Positions 18,821 to 29,019 are shown, counted from the first letter of the whole stretch. The stretch: 59,876 nucleotides of DNA, filler included, from 4 parts of 4 records of this genome joined end to end with filler, not necessarily neighbours in it, one strand, 5' to 3'. Notes: a model not told the origin generated them from the sequence alone. Numbers and translations are program-made.

Positions 18821-20329
18821 ATGGCTAACATGCATTTAATTTCTCCTGAAAGACTAACTTTCGAGAGAATAGAGGAAATTTTAGAGAATGGATACAAATT
18901 AGGATTATCCGATGAGTCTAAGGCATTAATCAAGAGATCGAAAGATTATCTGGATGCTACTATCGCAAAATCTACTAAGCCAATTTACGGTATTACAACT
19001 GGTTTTGGTTCACTTTGTAAAATTTCTATATCAGAAGAAGACTTAAGCCAATTACAGAGTAATTTGGTAATGTCTCACGCTTGTAGTATTGGTAGCGTTA
19101 TCCCTAAAGATGTAATCAGATTGATGTTGCTTTTAAAAGCACACGCATTGTCATTAGGAAAATCCGGTGTTCAATTGGCGACTGTTGAAAGAATCATCGA
19201 CATGTACAATATGGATGTATTACCTGTTGTACGTGATTTAGGATCTTTAGGAGCATCGGGTGATTTAGCACCTTTAGCTAACTTATTCTTGCCTTTATTT
19301 GGCGAAGGAGAAGTTATTTATGAAGACGAAATGCGTCCTGCTAAAGAAATTCTTGCTGAACTAGGATGGGAACCAATTGCATTAGGAGCAAAAGAAGGAT
19401 TGGCTTTATTAAATGGTACTCAGTTTATGAGTTCTCATGCTGTTTACACTTTGCTTAAGGCTTTCCAATTGGTAAAATATGCTGATATTATCGGTACTGT
19501 TTCTTTGGAAGGATATGATGGAAGAATTGATCCATTTTTAGCTCCAATTCACGATGCACGTCCACATAGCGGACAGATTGAAACTGCTCGTAACATTCGC
19601 ACTTTGCTTGAAGGAAGTGAAATGATCGAAAGAGAAAAGAAGAATGTTCAGGATCCATATTCATTCCGTTGTATGCCTCAGGTTCACGGTGCATCAAAAG
19701 ATGCAATTAACTATGTTGCAAGCGTAGTTGAGACTGAGATCAACTCGGTAACAGATAATCCAACAATTTTTGTTGATGAAGATATGATTCTTTCAGGTGG
19801 TAACTTCCATGGTCAGCCTCTTGCATTAAGTCTTGACTTTTTAGCAATTGCTATAGCGGAATTAGGAAGTATTTCGGAACGTAGAACTTATCGTTTGATT
19901 TCTGGAGATCGAGATAATCCAGAGTTTTTGATTACCAATTCAGGTTTGAATTCAGGTTTTATGATTCCACAGTACGCAGCAGCTTCAATTGTTTCTCAAA
20001 ACAAGCAATTGTGTACACCTTGTTCTGTTGATTCTATTCCTTCGTCAAACGAGCAGGAAGATCACGTAAGTATGGGTGGAAATGCAGCAACCAAAACATT
20101 AAAAGTAGCAGAAAACGTAGAGCGTATTTTAGCTATTGAGTTGATGAATGCTGCTCAGGCTGTTGATTTACGTCGTCCAGGAAAATCATCACCATTCATT
20201 GAAGATTTCTTGACTCAATTTAGAGATGTTGTAACATTTAATGAGTTCGATCGTGTAATGTACAAAGATATTGAGGCAGCTGTTGATTTTTTGAAGGATG
20301 GAAGATTCGTTTCAGAAGCAATTAGCTAA
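18821..20329 (+). CDS. hutH: Histidine ammonia-lyase
   Basis: YGITTGFG, SH specificity motif (LVMSHA), MIO-forming GASGDL, QDPYSFRC, GGNFHG, QEDHVSMG. Confidence 0.97.
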   Translation: MANMHLISPERLTFERIEEILENGYKLGLSDESKALIKRSKDYLDATIAKSTKPIYGITTGFGSLCKISISEEDLSQLQSNLVMSHACSIGSVIPKDVIRLMLLLKAHALSLGKSGVQLATVERIIDMYNMDVLPVVRDLGSLGASGDLAPLANLFLPLFGEGEVIYEDEMRPAKEILAELGWEPIALGAKEGLALLNGTQFMSSHAVYTLLKAFQLVKYADIIGTVSLEGYDGRIDPFLAPIHDARPHSGQIETARNIRTLLEGSEMIEREKKNVQDPYSFRCMPQVHGASKDAINYVASVVETEINSVTDNPTIFVDEDMILSGGNFHGQPLALSLDFLAIAIAELGSISERRTYRLISGDRDNPEFLITNSGLNSGFMIPQYAAASIVSQNKQLCTPCSVDSIPSSNEQEDHVSMGGNAATKTLKVAENVERILAIELMNAAQAVDLRRPGKSSPFIEDFLTQFRDVVTFNEFDRVMYKDIEAAVDFLKDGRFVSEAIS

Positions 20330-20352
20330 GCTATACGATAAGCAATAAAATA

Positions 20353-20382
20353 AAAGGGCGATCAATTATTTGATCGCCCTTT
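20353..20382. terminator. Bidirectional intrinsic terminator
   Basis: AAAGGGCGATCAA-ttat-TTGATCGCCCTTT between convergent genes. Confidence 0.85.
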
Positions 20383-20424
20383 CTTATATATTTTTGTCCA
20401 AAAATAGGATGAAAGAAAAATGAA

Positions 20425-20916
20425 TTATCTATTTGATCTTTCTCCTCGTCCCATGTGTCTTCCTTTTTCTTTGATTTTATGTAATAACATCCTCTGAAAT
20501 TTTCTTTCAGCCTGATACAATAGAAGAATTTTCTTTATGGGAAGAATTTCTTTAAATTTTTGATGATATTCTTTATCCAAATTGGCTTCAGAAATTCTAA
20601 AATCGATCAATTGTTCACTTATTTTCATAAGTTCTTCATCCGTAAGTGATTTTTTTTCATCTTTCAACTGAAGAAAGAAACCTCTTGATTTGTTTCTGTA
20701 TTCATTTAATTTTTGACTTTTTTCATTGTACAATGGCCAAAAGACTTGGGCTTCTTTCGGTGTTAAGTCAAGTTGTTGAGTAATAAAAGAAACTTTTTCC
20801 GCTTCAAATTTCTTACGCATTTTTCCAAAGCCATTATGTTCGCCACGATTTTGCTGAGCAAAACCAGAAAAACACATGCTAAGAAATAAGAAGAGAGTAA
20901 TAGCCGTATATTTCAT
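20425..20916 (-). CDS. Periplasmic helical protein (Spy/CpxP/LTXXQ-like) associated with the ECF sigma factor
   Basis: Signal peptide; KVSFITQQLDLTPKEAQVFWPLYNE motif; third gene of the sigma/anti-sigma unit. Confidence 0.75.
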   Translation of the reverse strand: MKYTAITLFLFLSMCFSGFAQQNRGEHNGFGKMRKKFEAEKVSFITQQLDLTPKEAQVFWPLYNEKSQKLNEYRNKSRGFFLQLKDEKKSLTDEELMKISEQLIDFRISEANLDKEYHQKFKEILPIKKILLLYQAERKFQRMLLHKIKEKGRHMGRGERSNR

Positions 20917-20926
20917 AGTTATATCC

Positions 20927-21331
20927 TTATAAGTTTGCAAGTAATGTTTCTGTTTCAATATTATAATCAGAAAGGTACTCTATAATTTCATCGGTTGTAA
21001 TATCTGACATATCATCAGAAGTCCATTCGTAATCAGTATCTATAATAGGAGTAACTGTAGATGGAGTATCGGATACAGTGTTTACTTTACTGATTTTATA
21101 ATTTTCAAAACCTTCAGGAACCGAATTGGTAATAATCACCTTAACGATTAAAGCCATTCCAATTACACTGGCAGCCATCCACATGTATGGTTTCAGTACA
21201 TGTAAAACACCTTCCTTTATTGGATTTTCCTCTTTTTCTACTCTTTCTTCTATACGATCACTAAGAGTCTCAAAGTAATCTTCAGGAACCTTAAATGGCT
21301 GATCTTTTTTCATATTTGAAAGCTTGCTCAT
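20927..21331 (-). CDS. Putative membrane-anchored anti-sigma factor
   Basis: PFKVPEDYFE N-terminal motif, WMAASV TM helix, immediately downstream of the ECF sigma gene. Confidence 0.75.
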   Translation of the reverse strand: MSKLSNMKKDQPFKVPEDYFETLSDRIEERVEKEENPIKEGVLHVLKPYMWMAASVIGMALIVKVIITNSVPEGFENYKISKVNTVSDTPSTVTPIIDTDYEWTSDDMSDITTDEIIEYLSDYNIETETLLANL

Positions 21332-21348
21332 AATTATCTATATTCTTT

Positions 21349-21376
21349 AGACTTAGAATATTCCATTTGGTTTAAT
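21349..21376 (-). promoter_or_regulatory. Putative ECF promoter before the anti-sigma gene
   Basis: Minus strand ATTAAACC-N16-GTCT, same as 22002-22029. Confidence 0.6.
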
Positions 21377-21382
21377 CTAACT

Positions 21383-21943
21383 TTAAACCTCTTTTAAATT
21401 TAAAAAAGATTCAATTTTCTTTACAGCATGATGGTAAGAAGCTTTTAAAGCTCCTACTGATGTTTCTAAAACCTCTGATATCTCTTCATACTTTAATTCT
21501 TCAAAGTATTTCATATTAAAAACCAGGCGTTGTTTTTCAGGTAGTTTTAAAATTGCCTTTTGCAATTCTAGCTGTGCCTGATCCCCATCGAAATATTCAT
21601 CAGCTTCCAAATTTGCCAAAAGCATGTCTTCAACTTCTCCATTTGCGTATCCTAAAATTTTCTTTTGCTTGTCTGCAAGAAAAGTTAAGGATTCATTGGT
21701 CGCAATCCTATACATCCAGGTAAAAAGTTTGGCATCGGATCTGAAGTTTTGCAAGCCTTTCCATATTTTAATGAAAGTATTTTGCAAAACATCGTCTGTA
21801 TCATCATGCGACATCACAATTTTTCGGATTTGCCAGTAAAGTCTTTCCTGATATTTTTTAACCAATAAAGAAAAGGCTTTGCTTCTAGTCTTTTTATCCT
21901 GAAATAGTTGTAATATTTCTTCGTCAGATATGTTATTCATCAA
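21383..21943 (-). CDS. ECF RNA polymerase sigma-70 factor
   Basis: DDVLQNTFIKIW, FTWMYRIATNE (region 2); LPEKQRLVF, YEEISEVLETSVGALKASYHHA (region 4). Confidence 0.95.
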   Translation of the reverse strand: MMNNISDEEILQLFQDKKTRSKAFSLLVKKYQERLYWQIRKIVMSHDDTDDVLQNTFIKIWKGLQNFRSDAKLFTWMYRIATNESLTFLADKQKKILGYANGEVEDMLLANLEADEYFDGDQAQLELQKAILKLPEKQRLVFNMKYFEELKYEEISEVLETSVGALKASYHHAVKKIESFLNLKEV

Positions 21944-22001
21944 TATCTAATCAATTAATTGAATTTAAAAATAGCCATTTGCAATTGCAATGCGAAAAGT
22001 A

Positions 22002-22029
22002 AGACACATTTCTTTCCTAAAGGTTTAAT
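22002..22029 (-). promoter_or_regulatory. Putative autoregulatory ECF promoter before the sigma gene
   Basis: Minus strand ATTAAACC-N16-GTCT. Confidence 0.6.
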
Positions 22030-22037
22030 GATAGGAT

Positions 22038-22070
22038 AAAAAAAATCCGGAATCAATTTGATTCCGGATT
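22038..22070 (-). terminator. Intrinsic terminator after tkt
   Basis: AATCCGGAATCAA-t-TTGATTCCGGATT with an A-run on the + strand (U-tail on the minus strand). Confidence 0.85.
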
Positions 22071-22091
22071 AATATATTTAAAAGTTGTCGA

Positions 22092-24152
22092 TTATTTTTG
22101 AAGTAAAGCCTCTACTTCTTTAACAACATTTTCAGCAGTATAACCAAATTTTTCATCTAAAACACCTGCAGGTGCAGAGTATCCGAAATGATCTAATCCA
22201 ACTGATTTTCCGTTAGGACCAACCAATCCCTGAAGAGTTACAGGCAATCCAGCTGTTAATCCTAATACAGGAATACCTGCAGGAATAACTTCATTTTGAT
22301 ATTCGGCAGATTGAGTTCTGAATAATCCTTCAGATGGGACAGATACAATCTGTACTTTCAATCCTTTTTCAGCACGTAAAATTTCAGCACCAGCTATTAA
22401 AGTTGCAACTTCGGATCCACTCGCTAATAAAATTACATCAGGAGTTGATTCTGGTTTCTCAACAATGTAAGCACCTTTTTCAGCCTGAAGAGCTTCTTCG
22501 TAACGATTTCCTTTTGATGGAAGATTCTTAATTCCTTGACGAGAGAAAATTAAAGCAGTTGGAGTTTTTGTGTTCTCCATTGCCATTTTCCAAGAAACTG
22601 TTGCTTCATCAGCATCAGCAGGACGAAGAGCTAATAAACTCATTTCACCAGAGTGATTTTTCAATTGCTCTAACAAACGAATTTGTGCTTCTTGTTCAAT
22701 TGGCTGGTGTGTAGGTCCATCTTCACCAACGCGGAATGCATCGTGAGTCCAGATATATTTTACAGGAACTTCCATCAATGCAGATAGACGAACCGCAGGT
22801 TTCATATAATCAGAGAATACAAAGAAAGTACCACAAGCAGCAGTAACACCACCGTGAAGTGCGATACCATTACAAATAGCAGCCATTGTTAATTCAGCAA
22901 CACCAGCCTGAAGAAATGCTCCGGAGAAATCACCTTTAACAATTGCTTTTGTATTTTTTAAGAATCCATCTGTTTTATCAGAGTTACTTAAATCGGCAGA
23001 AGAAACAATCATGTTATCAACTTGCTTTGCCAATTCACCTAAAACTGTTGCAGAAGCAGCACGTGTAGCAACATCAGCTTTCTGTGCAATTGCAGCATAG
23101 TCAATTTCCGGTGCATCTCCACTGAAGAATTTCTCCAATTTAGCCGCTAACTCAGGATTTGCTTTTGCCCATTCCGCTTGTTCAGCTTTCTTAGCAGCAG
23201 CATATTCTTGCTTTTTCTTTAAAACTTCCTTGTAGTAAGCTTCCACTTCAGGGAAAATCTGGAATGCATCTTCTGGATTTCCACCTAAGTTTTCAATAGT
23301 TTTAGCTAATGACGCACCTGCAGCTCCCAATGGCTGTCCGTGAGTAGAAACCATATTCTCAAAGCTTGCGCCTTCAGCTGTCATAGCACCTTTACCCATC
23401 AAAGTTTTACCAATGATAATTGTTGGGCGTTCGGTTTCGTTGTTAGCTGCTAGTAAAGCAACACGAATTTCAGAAGCACTGTTACCGTCGATAGAAATTA
23501 CATTCCATCCCCATGCTTCGTATTTTTTAGCTGTATCTTCTACGGTAACTTCTTCAACTGTTGTTGAAAGTTGAATGTTGTTAGAATCGTAGAACATGAT
23601 TAAATTACTCAAACCTAATGTTCCGGCAATTCTACCAGCACCTTGAGCAATTTCTTCTTGAATACCACCATCAGAAATGAAAGTGTATATTTTGTGTGAC
23701 ATCCAATCGCCAAAACGAGCAGCAAGGAATCTTTCCGCAATAGCGGCACCTACTGCCATTGTATGTCCCTGTCCTAATGGACCAGAAGTATTTTCAACAC
23801 CACGGGCAAAATCAACTTCAGGGTGTCCTGGAGTTGGAGATCCCCACTGTCTGAAATTTGCCAATTCTTCCATACTATAGTTACCAGTTAAGGCAAGAAT
23901 AGAATATAACATTGGAGACATATGACCTGGGTCAAGGAAAAATCTATCACGATTGATCCAGTTCATGTCTGTTGGGTCAAAATTTAAGAATTCGGAATAA
24001 AGTACATTTACAAAATCGGCTCCGCCCATGGCACCACCTGGGTGACCTGATTTCGCCTTTTCCACCATAGCAGCTGCAAGAACACGAATGTTATTCGATG
24101 CTTTGTCAGTTACTGTAAGATCCACTTGGTTGTTCATTTCTTTTAGATCCAT
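22092..24152 (-). CDS. tkt: Transketolase
   Basis: KSGHPG, RDRFFLDPGH, TPGHPE, SGPLGQG, GEDGPTHQPIEQ. Confidence 0.97.
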   Translation of the reverse strand: MDLKEMNNQVDLTVTDKASNNIRVLAAAMVEKAKSGHPGGAMGGADFVNVLYSEFLNFDPTDMNWINRDRFFLDPGHMSPMLYSILALTGNYSMEELANFRQWGSPTPGHPEVDFARGVENTSGPLGQGHTMAVGAAIAERFLAARFGDWMSHKIYTFISDGGIQEEIAQGAGRIAGTLGLSNLIMFYDSNNIQLSTTVEEVTVEDTAKKYEAWGWNVISIDGNSASEIRVALLAANNETERPTIIIGKTLMGKGAMTAEGASFENMVSTHGQPLGAAGASLAKTIENLGGNPEDAFQIFPEVEAYYKEVLKKKQEYAAAKKAEQAEWAKANPELAAKLEKFFSGDAPEIDYAAIAQKADVATRAASATVLGELAKQVDNMIVSSADLSNSDKTDGFLKNTKAIVKGDFSGAFLQAGVAELTMAAICNGIALHGGVTAACGTFFVFSDYMKPAVRLSALMEVPVKYIWTHDAFRVGEDGPTHQPIEQEAQIRLLEQLKNHSGEMSLLALRPADADEATVSWKMAMENTKTPTALIFSRQGIKNLPSKGNRYEEALQAEKGAYIVEKPESTPDVILLASGSEVATLIAGAEILRAEKGLKVQIVSVPSEGLFRTQSAEYQNEVIPAGIPVLGLTAGLPVTLQGLVGPNGKSVGLDHFGYSAPAGVLDEKFGYTAENVVKEVEALLQK

Positions 24153-24208
24153 TTTAACAAATGAGATTTTAGATGATAAAAACTTGGTAAGATTTTATTT
24201 AATGGATG

Positions 24209-24216
24209 CAAAGATA
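24209..24216 (-). promoter_or_regulatory. Bacteroidota housekeeping -7 element for tkt
   Basis: Minus strand TATCTTTG matches TAnnTTTG. Confidence 0.65.
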
Positions 24217-24307
24217 TACAAAAATGTAATCCTACCTCGTTCTTAAGCTCCTAAATAAGCCTAAAATGGAATAATTTAGAAATTTAGATTGTTGTAAATC
24301 AATATGA

Positions 24308-25687
24308 TTACAATCGGACTGGAATTGATTTTCCTGAAGTAATAACAAAACTGCTTTTTCTGGAGTTCTGTGATAAGGATGCATTTTTATTCCTGAAAAT
24401 AACATGATAAACACCTGGCTGAAGTGTAATTGTTTCTCTTAGAGTCTTCTCATCCATATCATAAATCCATTCCAATTTATCATTACGTTGTACAAATAAA
24501 CTGCAAGGTCCAGATGTTGGTTTGAAAATTGTCGCCAATCCTGGTTGAGGAATTTTTATGGAAGTGGTTTTGCTTTGATCAATTTTTACATTTTTGATTT
24601 TGATCTTGGGCAAAGTTAAAATCTCTAAATCATACTTATCGCAAAGATATTTAACTGTTCTGTTAGCGGTTTGTACATTTATGGTTTCGTTATTTTTTTT
24701 AACCAGAGTTTTAAGGTTTTTATATAAACTGGTTCGATTCGATTCTATTTTTAACATTCCTTGAGGAGCATCAAAACCAATTTTTGTGTGTTTTCCTGGA
24801 ACTATACTAACACTGTCTCTATGAATTTCCGGAATAGTATGAATCGTAATATCATAGCTTAATAAAGGATCGATATAAAGTGTATCAGGATTTCCTTTTG
24901 CATTTAATGTGTGCATAAACTGATATCGTACTTTTCCAGAAACCGAGTTGTAAAAAGTCATTGCAACATCTGTTTCTGTAGGAGATCCGTTGGCATCGAT
25001 TAAATTGATTTGAGTTGATGTTTTGTTTAGAACCTGAGATACCACATATTCCAAAGTGCTACCAAATTGCTGCTCTTCTTCAACCTGAAGATAGTTGCCA
25101 ATACATTCAAAACTACTTTTGAAATTCACATCTAAACCAATTCCGATAATAAATGGCTTAAGAAAAATACCTGCTTTCTGTAGTTTTAATGATACTTCGC
25201 AAGGATCTCCATCGCAAGCTTCAACTCCATCGGTAATAAGAATTACTACATTTCGAACTCCAGGTTTGTTAGGAGGGAAATCTTTTGCCGCCAATTCCAA
25301 GGAGTGAGCAATAGGAGTTGTTCCTTTTGGAGTAAGAAAACGTAAAGTTTGCCTTATTTTCCCAGCATTACTGGACTGAAACGGAACTTCCAGTTTTGTG
25401 TCGTTACAATCTTGAGGAGGAACAACACTTTGATGACCGTACACTCGTAAAGCCATATCGACATTGTTTTCGCACTCTAAACTATCCACCATTCTGATTA
25501 AAAACTTACGAGCAATATCTATCTTTTTAGATTTCTCCCAATAGCCATTCATACTTTGGGAAGCATCGAAAATGAAAAGAATTTTGGTCTTTTCACTTTG
25601 AAGATTCTTATTGTTTTGAGCTGAAATTTTATTGGGAATAAAATAAGTCAGTAGCAGGGCGATAATAGTAAGTGTCTTTATTCTCAA
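24308..25687 (-). CDS. Secreted von Willebrand factor A domain protein
   Basis: Signal peptide; MIDAS DASQS, TP.G.TPIA, LITDGVEAC.GDPC. Confidence 0.88.
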   Translation of the reverse strand: MRIKTLTIIALLLTYFIPNKISAQNNKNLQSEKTKILFIFDASQSMNGYWEKSKKIDIARKFLIRMVDSLECENNVDMALRVYGHQSVVPPQDCNDTKLEVPFQSSNAGKIRQTLRFLTPKGTTPIAHSLELAAKDFPPNKPGVRNVVILITDGVEACDGDPCEVSLKLQKAGIFLKPFIIGIGLDVNFKSSFECIGNYLQVEEEQQFGSTLEYVVSQVLNKTSTQINLIDANGSPTETDVAMTFYNSVSGKVRYQFMHTLNAKGNPDTLYIDPLLSYDITIHTIPEIHRDSVSIVPGKHTKIGFDAPQGMLKIESNRTSLYKNLKTLVKKNNETINVQTANRTVKYLCDKYDLEILTLPKIKIKNVKIDQSKTTSIKIPQPGLATIFKPTSGPCSLFVQRNDKLEWIYDMDEKTLRETITLQPGVYHVIFRNKNASLSQNSRKSSFVITSGKSIPVRL

Positions 25688-25761
25688 GAGTTTTGCTTTA
25701 AAATTTTACAAGGTAAAGTTACCTATACTAAAGTTCAATTAAAATAACTTGAAGAAATAAT

Positions 25762-26805
25762 TCATTTTAAATGGATGATATCATCATTTGCCGAGTTTAT
25801 ACGACGTTCAATGGCATCAAGGCTATCCATGGAATTCAACATCATAATTTCAGATGAAATTCCTGATGATAATTTAAATAATTCTATTGCCTGTTTAATT
25901 TTTTCTTTTGCTTTTAGTAATTGACGGTATTGCAAAGGTGTTATTTCTCCTTCATAATTTAATGCAATTCTAGAGTAACGGTAATACTCAATAGCTCTAT
26001 TAAATTTGTTACCAGAATTTGTTAATAATATTTCTTGAGCTGTTTTAAGTCTTCTTTTTTTATAGGGTAAAGCATTAAATTTTTTTAGAGTATCGTTATA
26101 ACTATAGTATAAAGTACTATCATTTATATGTTTTTGGATTGCTTCATCGCCACCATTAAAATGTTTAATTGTTATTGGTGATTTTAAGAACTGCCACATT
26201 TGTATAAGGGGCAAATGGGTTAGAATAAATTTTTCTGGATGTACCATATAGAATTTATTGGTTTGGCTTTTAATTCCTGAATGATGTAAAACTGCATTTG
26301 ACCAACTTAAGTCAAAAAAACGCCATTCATTATTTATTTTAACCACATTCCATGAGTGAGTTGCTCTTTCTTGTAGGCTACCAATCTTGGATATATATCC
26401 ACCTATTGAATAACATTCGAATCCGGATTGAGTACAGAAAAATTGAAATAGCTTGGAGAACCCTTCGCACACTGCTTTTCGTTTTTTTAAAACACAGACC
26501 GGAGACACACAATTGTTGGAGCCGATATAGAACAATACGTTCGGATCATATAGCAATTCAACTTCATCTTTATAATGGATATTGGTAATAATCCACATGT
26601 AAAATGCTCTAAGCTGTTCTTCCTTTGAATTGGCTCCTGAAATTAGATATTGATGAAGATCAATTAAGTTGTCAGATACTTTATCAGGCGTTTTTCTTAC
26701 ATGACGATCTATTAATCGGTATTTTCCGAAATCAGGATCTTGAGCTTGAACAAATGTTATCGCAACAAGAAATAAAATTGATATAGGAATAAATCGTTTG
26801 ATCAT
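25762..26805 (-). CDS. Secreted transglutaminase-like (papain-fold) protein
   Basis: Signal peptide; Cys-His-Asp triad in AVCEGFS, HSWNVV, FFDLSW. Confidence 0.85.
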   Translation of the reverse strand: MIKRFIPISILFLVAITFVQAQDPDFGKYRLIDRHVRKTPDKVSDNLIDLHQYLISGANSKEEQLRAFYMWIITNIHYKDEVELLYDPNVLFYIGSNNCVSPVCVLKKRKAVCEGFSKLFQFFCTQSGFECYSIGGYISKIGSLQERATHSWNVVKINNEWRFFDLSWSNAVLHHSGIKSQTNKFYMVHPEKFILTHLPLIQMWQFLKSPITIKHFNGGDEAIQKHINDSTLYYSYNDTLKKFNALPYKKRRLKTAQEILLTNSGNKFNRAIEYYRYSRIALNYEGEITPLQYRQLLKAKEKIKQAIELFKLSSGISSEIMMLNSMDSLDAIERRINSANDDIIHLK

Positions 26806-26933
26806 ATAAGTTTCACTTATCTATAAATCTATAGAAAAATAATGGTTTGATATATAATCTGGCTTTGTTTTGAGTCAATTAACAAATTTTTAGGAGATGA
26901 ATCGGGAAAATTGGCACATCGGAAATTAAAATG

Positions 26934-26941
26934 TACTTTTG
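26934..26941 (+). promoter_or_regulatory. Bacteroidota -7 element for ychF
   Basis: TACTTTTG about 50 nt upstream of the ATG. Confidence 0.65.
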
Positions 26942-26993
26942 CACAGATTTTTAAAAATTGAATAGTCGCGAATCAAAATAATATAGAATTGCC

Positions 26994-28094
26994 ATGGCAT
27001 TACAGTGTGGAATTGTAGGATTACCAAATGTTGGTAAATCAACCTTGTTTAATTGTTTGTCGAATGCGAAAGCACAATCGGCTAATTTTCCTTTTTGTAC
27101 TATCGAACCAAACGTAGGAGTGATTACCATTCCTGATGATCGTTTGATTAGATTATCAGAATTGGTGAAGCCAGAAAGAGTGCAGCCTTCGGTAATGGAG
27201 ATTGTTGATATTGCTGGTTTGGTAAAAGGTGCGAGTAAGGGAGAAGGATTAGGAAACAAATTCTTATCGAATATTCGTGAAACCAATGCTATTATTCATG
27301 TATTGCGTTGTTTTGAGAATGATAATATCGTTCATGTAGATGGTTCTGTAGATCCTATTCGTGATAAGGAAACTATTGATATCGAATTGCAATTAAAGGA
27401 TCTGGAAACTGTTGAGGCTAGATTGCAAAAAGCAGCTAAGTTGGCAAAAGTTGGAAAAAATCCTGAAGCAAAAAGATTGTGTGAAGTTTTAGAGCGTTAT
27501 CAGGCAGCCTTAATGCAAGGTAAATCAGCTCGTGTTGTTGAGTTAAGCGAAGCAGATGAGAAAGTAACTACTGATCTTCACTTGCTAACAACAAAACCAA
27601 TTCTTTACGTTTGTAATGTTGATGAAGCATCGGTAAAAGATGGAAACAAGCATGTTGATGCAGTAAAAGAAGCTGTAAAAGATGAAAATGCTGAAGTTCT
27701 TGTAGTTGGTGCTGGTATCGAATCTGATATTGCAGAATTGGAAACTTATGAAGAGAAACAGATGTTTCTTGAAGATTTAGGATTGGAAGAGCCAGGAGTG
27801 AACAAGCTAATTAAAGCTGCTTTCAGACTTCTTGATTTGGAAACTTATTTCACTGCAGGAGTAAAAGAGGTGAGATCATGGACTTATCCTAAAGGTGCGA
27901 AAGCTCCTCAGGCTGCAGGTGTTATTCACACCGATTTCGAAAAAGGATTTATTCGTGCAGAGGTAATTAAATATGACGATTACTCTGAGCTTGGTTCTGA
28001 AAATGCTTGTAAGGAAGCTGGTAAAATGAATGTAGAAGGAAAAGAATACGTTGTACAGGATGGCGATATTATGCATTTCCGTTTCAATGTATAA
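26994..28094 (+). CDS. ychF: Redox-regulated ATPase YchF
   Basis: GIVGLPNVGKST, ANFPFCTIEPN, DIAGLVKGAS.GEGLGNKFL, C-terminal TGS domain ending FRFNV. Confidence 0.98.
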   Translation: MALQCGIVGLPNVGKSTLFNCLSNAKAQSANFPFCTIEPNVGVITIPDDRLIRLSELVKPERVQPSVMEIVDIAGLVKGASKGEGLGNKFLSNIRETNAIIHVLRCFENDNIVHVDGSVDPIRDKETIDIELQLKDLETVEARLQKAAKLAKVGKNPEAKRLCEVLERYQAALMQGKSARVVELSEADEKVTTDLHLLTTKPILYVCNVDEASVKDGNKHVDAVKEAVKDENAEVLVVGAGIESDIAELETYEEKQMFLEDLGLEEPGVNKLIKAAFRLLDLETYFTAGVKEVRSWTYPKGAKAPQAAGVIHTDFEKGFIRAEVIKYDDYSELGSENACKEAGKMNVEGKEYVVQDGDIMHFRFNV

Positions 28095-28117
28095 TTGAAT
28101 CCTTATAAAAAATACAG

Positions 28118-28147
28118 ATGGCTGTTCGGTTCGAGCAGCCATTTTTT
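28118..28147 (+). terminator. Intrinsic terminator after ychF
   Basis: ATGGCTGTTCG-gtt-CGAGCAGCCAT then a T-run. Confidence 0.85.
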
Positions 28148-28232
28148 ATGAATTATTAATCTAGTTCAAGATTAGTATATTTGTTATCAGTAAGAATTTT
28201 TGAATTCATTATTCATCATTAATTGTTATTTC

Positions 28233-28610
28233 ATGCTTCGTACTTTATTGATTATAGGAATGGGAGGTTTTTTCGGAAGTGTATCTCGTTATTTAATAGG
28301 GCAAGGACTTCATAGAATTTTTGACACGATTTTTCCTATAGGAACCATGACTGTAAATATCTTAGGAAGTTTTATAATAGGTGTGGTTTATTCTTTAGCC
28401 GAAAGAGATAACTTAATTAGCCCGGAAATGAGAATGTTTTTAGCTGTCGGATTTTGCGGAGGATTCACTACTTTTTCATCTTTTGCTTTCGATAAACTCA
28501 ATCTTTTAAAAGACAGCGGATTTTTGTATCTTTCTGTGTATCTGGCGGGGAGTGTTTTTTTAGGCTTATTGGCAGTTTATTTAGGCACACAAATTCATAA
28601 GTTATTTTAG
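28233..28610 (+). CDS. crcB: Fluoride channel Fluc/CrcB
   Basis: GGFFGSVSRY, FPIGT..VNILGSF, GFCGGFTTFSSF; TATATTTG promoter element at 28176-28183. Confidence 0.96.
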   Translation: MLRTLLIIGMGGFFGSVSRYLIGQGLHRIFDTIFPIGTMTVNILGSFIIGVVYSLAERDNLISPEMRMFLAVGFCGGFTTFSSFAFDKLNLLKDSGFLYLSVYLAGSVFLGLLAVYLGTQIHKLF

Positions 28611-28668
28611 ATATTAGTTTCCTATAATAGTTCTGTCTGTAACTCATATCTATAAAATACTATACGAT

Positions 28669-29019
28669 ATGAAGTTGAAAGGGAAGGCAAAATTATTACG
28701 TGTATTTATTGGCGAAGCTGATAGGGTATATCAGCGTCCACTTTATGAAGCGATTGTTTATGGCGCTAAAAAGTTTGGCTTAGCAGGAGTTACAGTGCAT
28801 AGAGGAATCATGTCCTATGGTGCAAGTTCAAGAATTCATACCTCAAAAATATTTGCTTTAGCCGATGATTTACCAATAATCATCGAGATTGTTGATTCAA
28901 CCGAAAAGGTGGAAGGCTTTCTTCATATCATAGAATTATTAATAGAAAAATCGGGTGGTGGTGGAATGATTACCTTGGAGCAAGTTGATGTAATAAGATA
29001 TCAGCCACAAGCCAAATAA
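28669..29019 (+). CDS. DUF190 PII-like protein
   Basis: LLRVFIGEAD, GLAGVTVHRGIMSYG, DLPIIIEIVD; the usual partner of crcB. Confidence 0.92.
   Translation: MKLKGKAKLLRVFIGEADRVYQRPLYEAIVYGAKKFGLAGVTVHRGIMSYGASSRIHTSKIFALADDLPIIIEIVDSTEKVEGFLHIIELLIEKSGGGGMITLEQVDVIRYQPQAK

Noticed and set aside
4702-20329. Functional link between hut (haem utilisation) and hutH (histidine utilisation)
   Set aside because: Name coincidence only; different pathways on different contigs and organisms
28095-28232. Fluoride riboswitch upstream of crcB
   Set aside because: GATGGCTGTTCG superficially resembles the aptamer start but is one arm of the ychF terminator; the downstream conserved pseudoknot elements are not present
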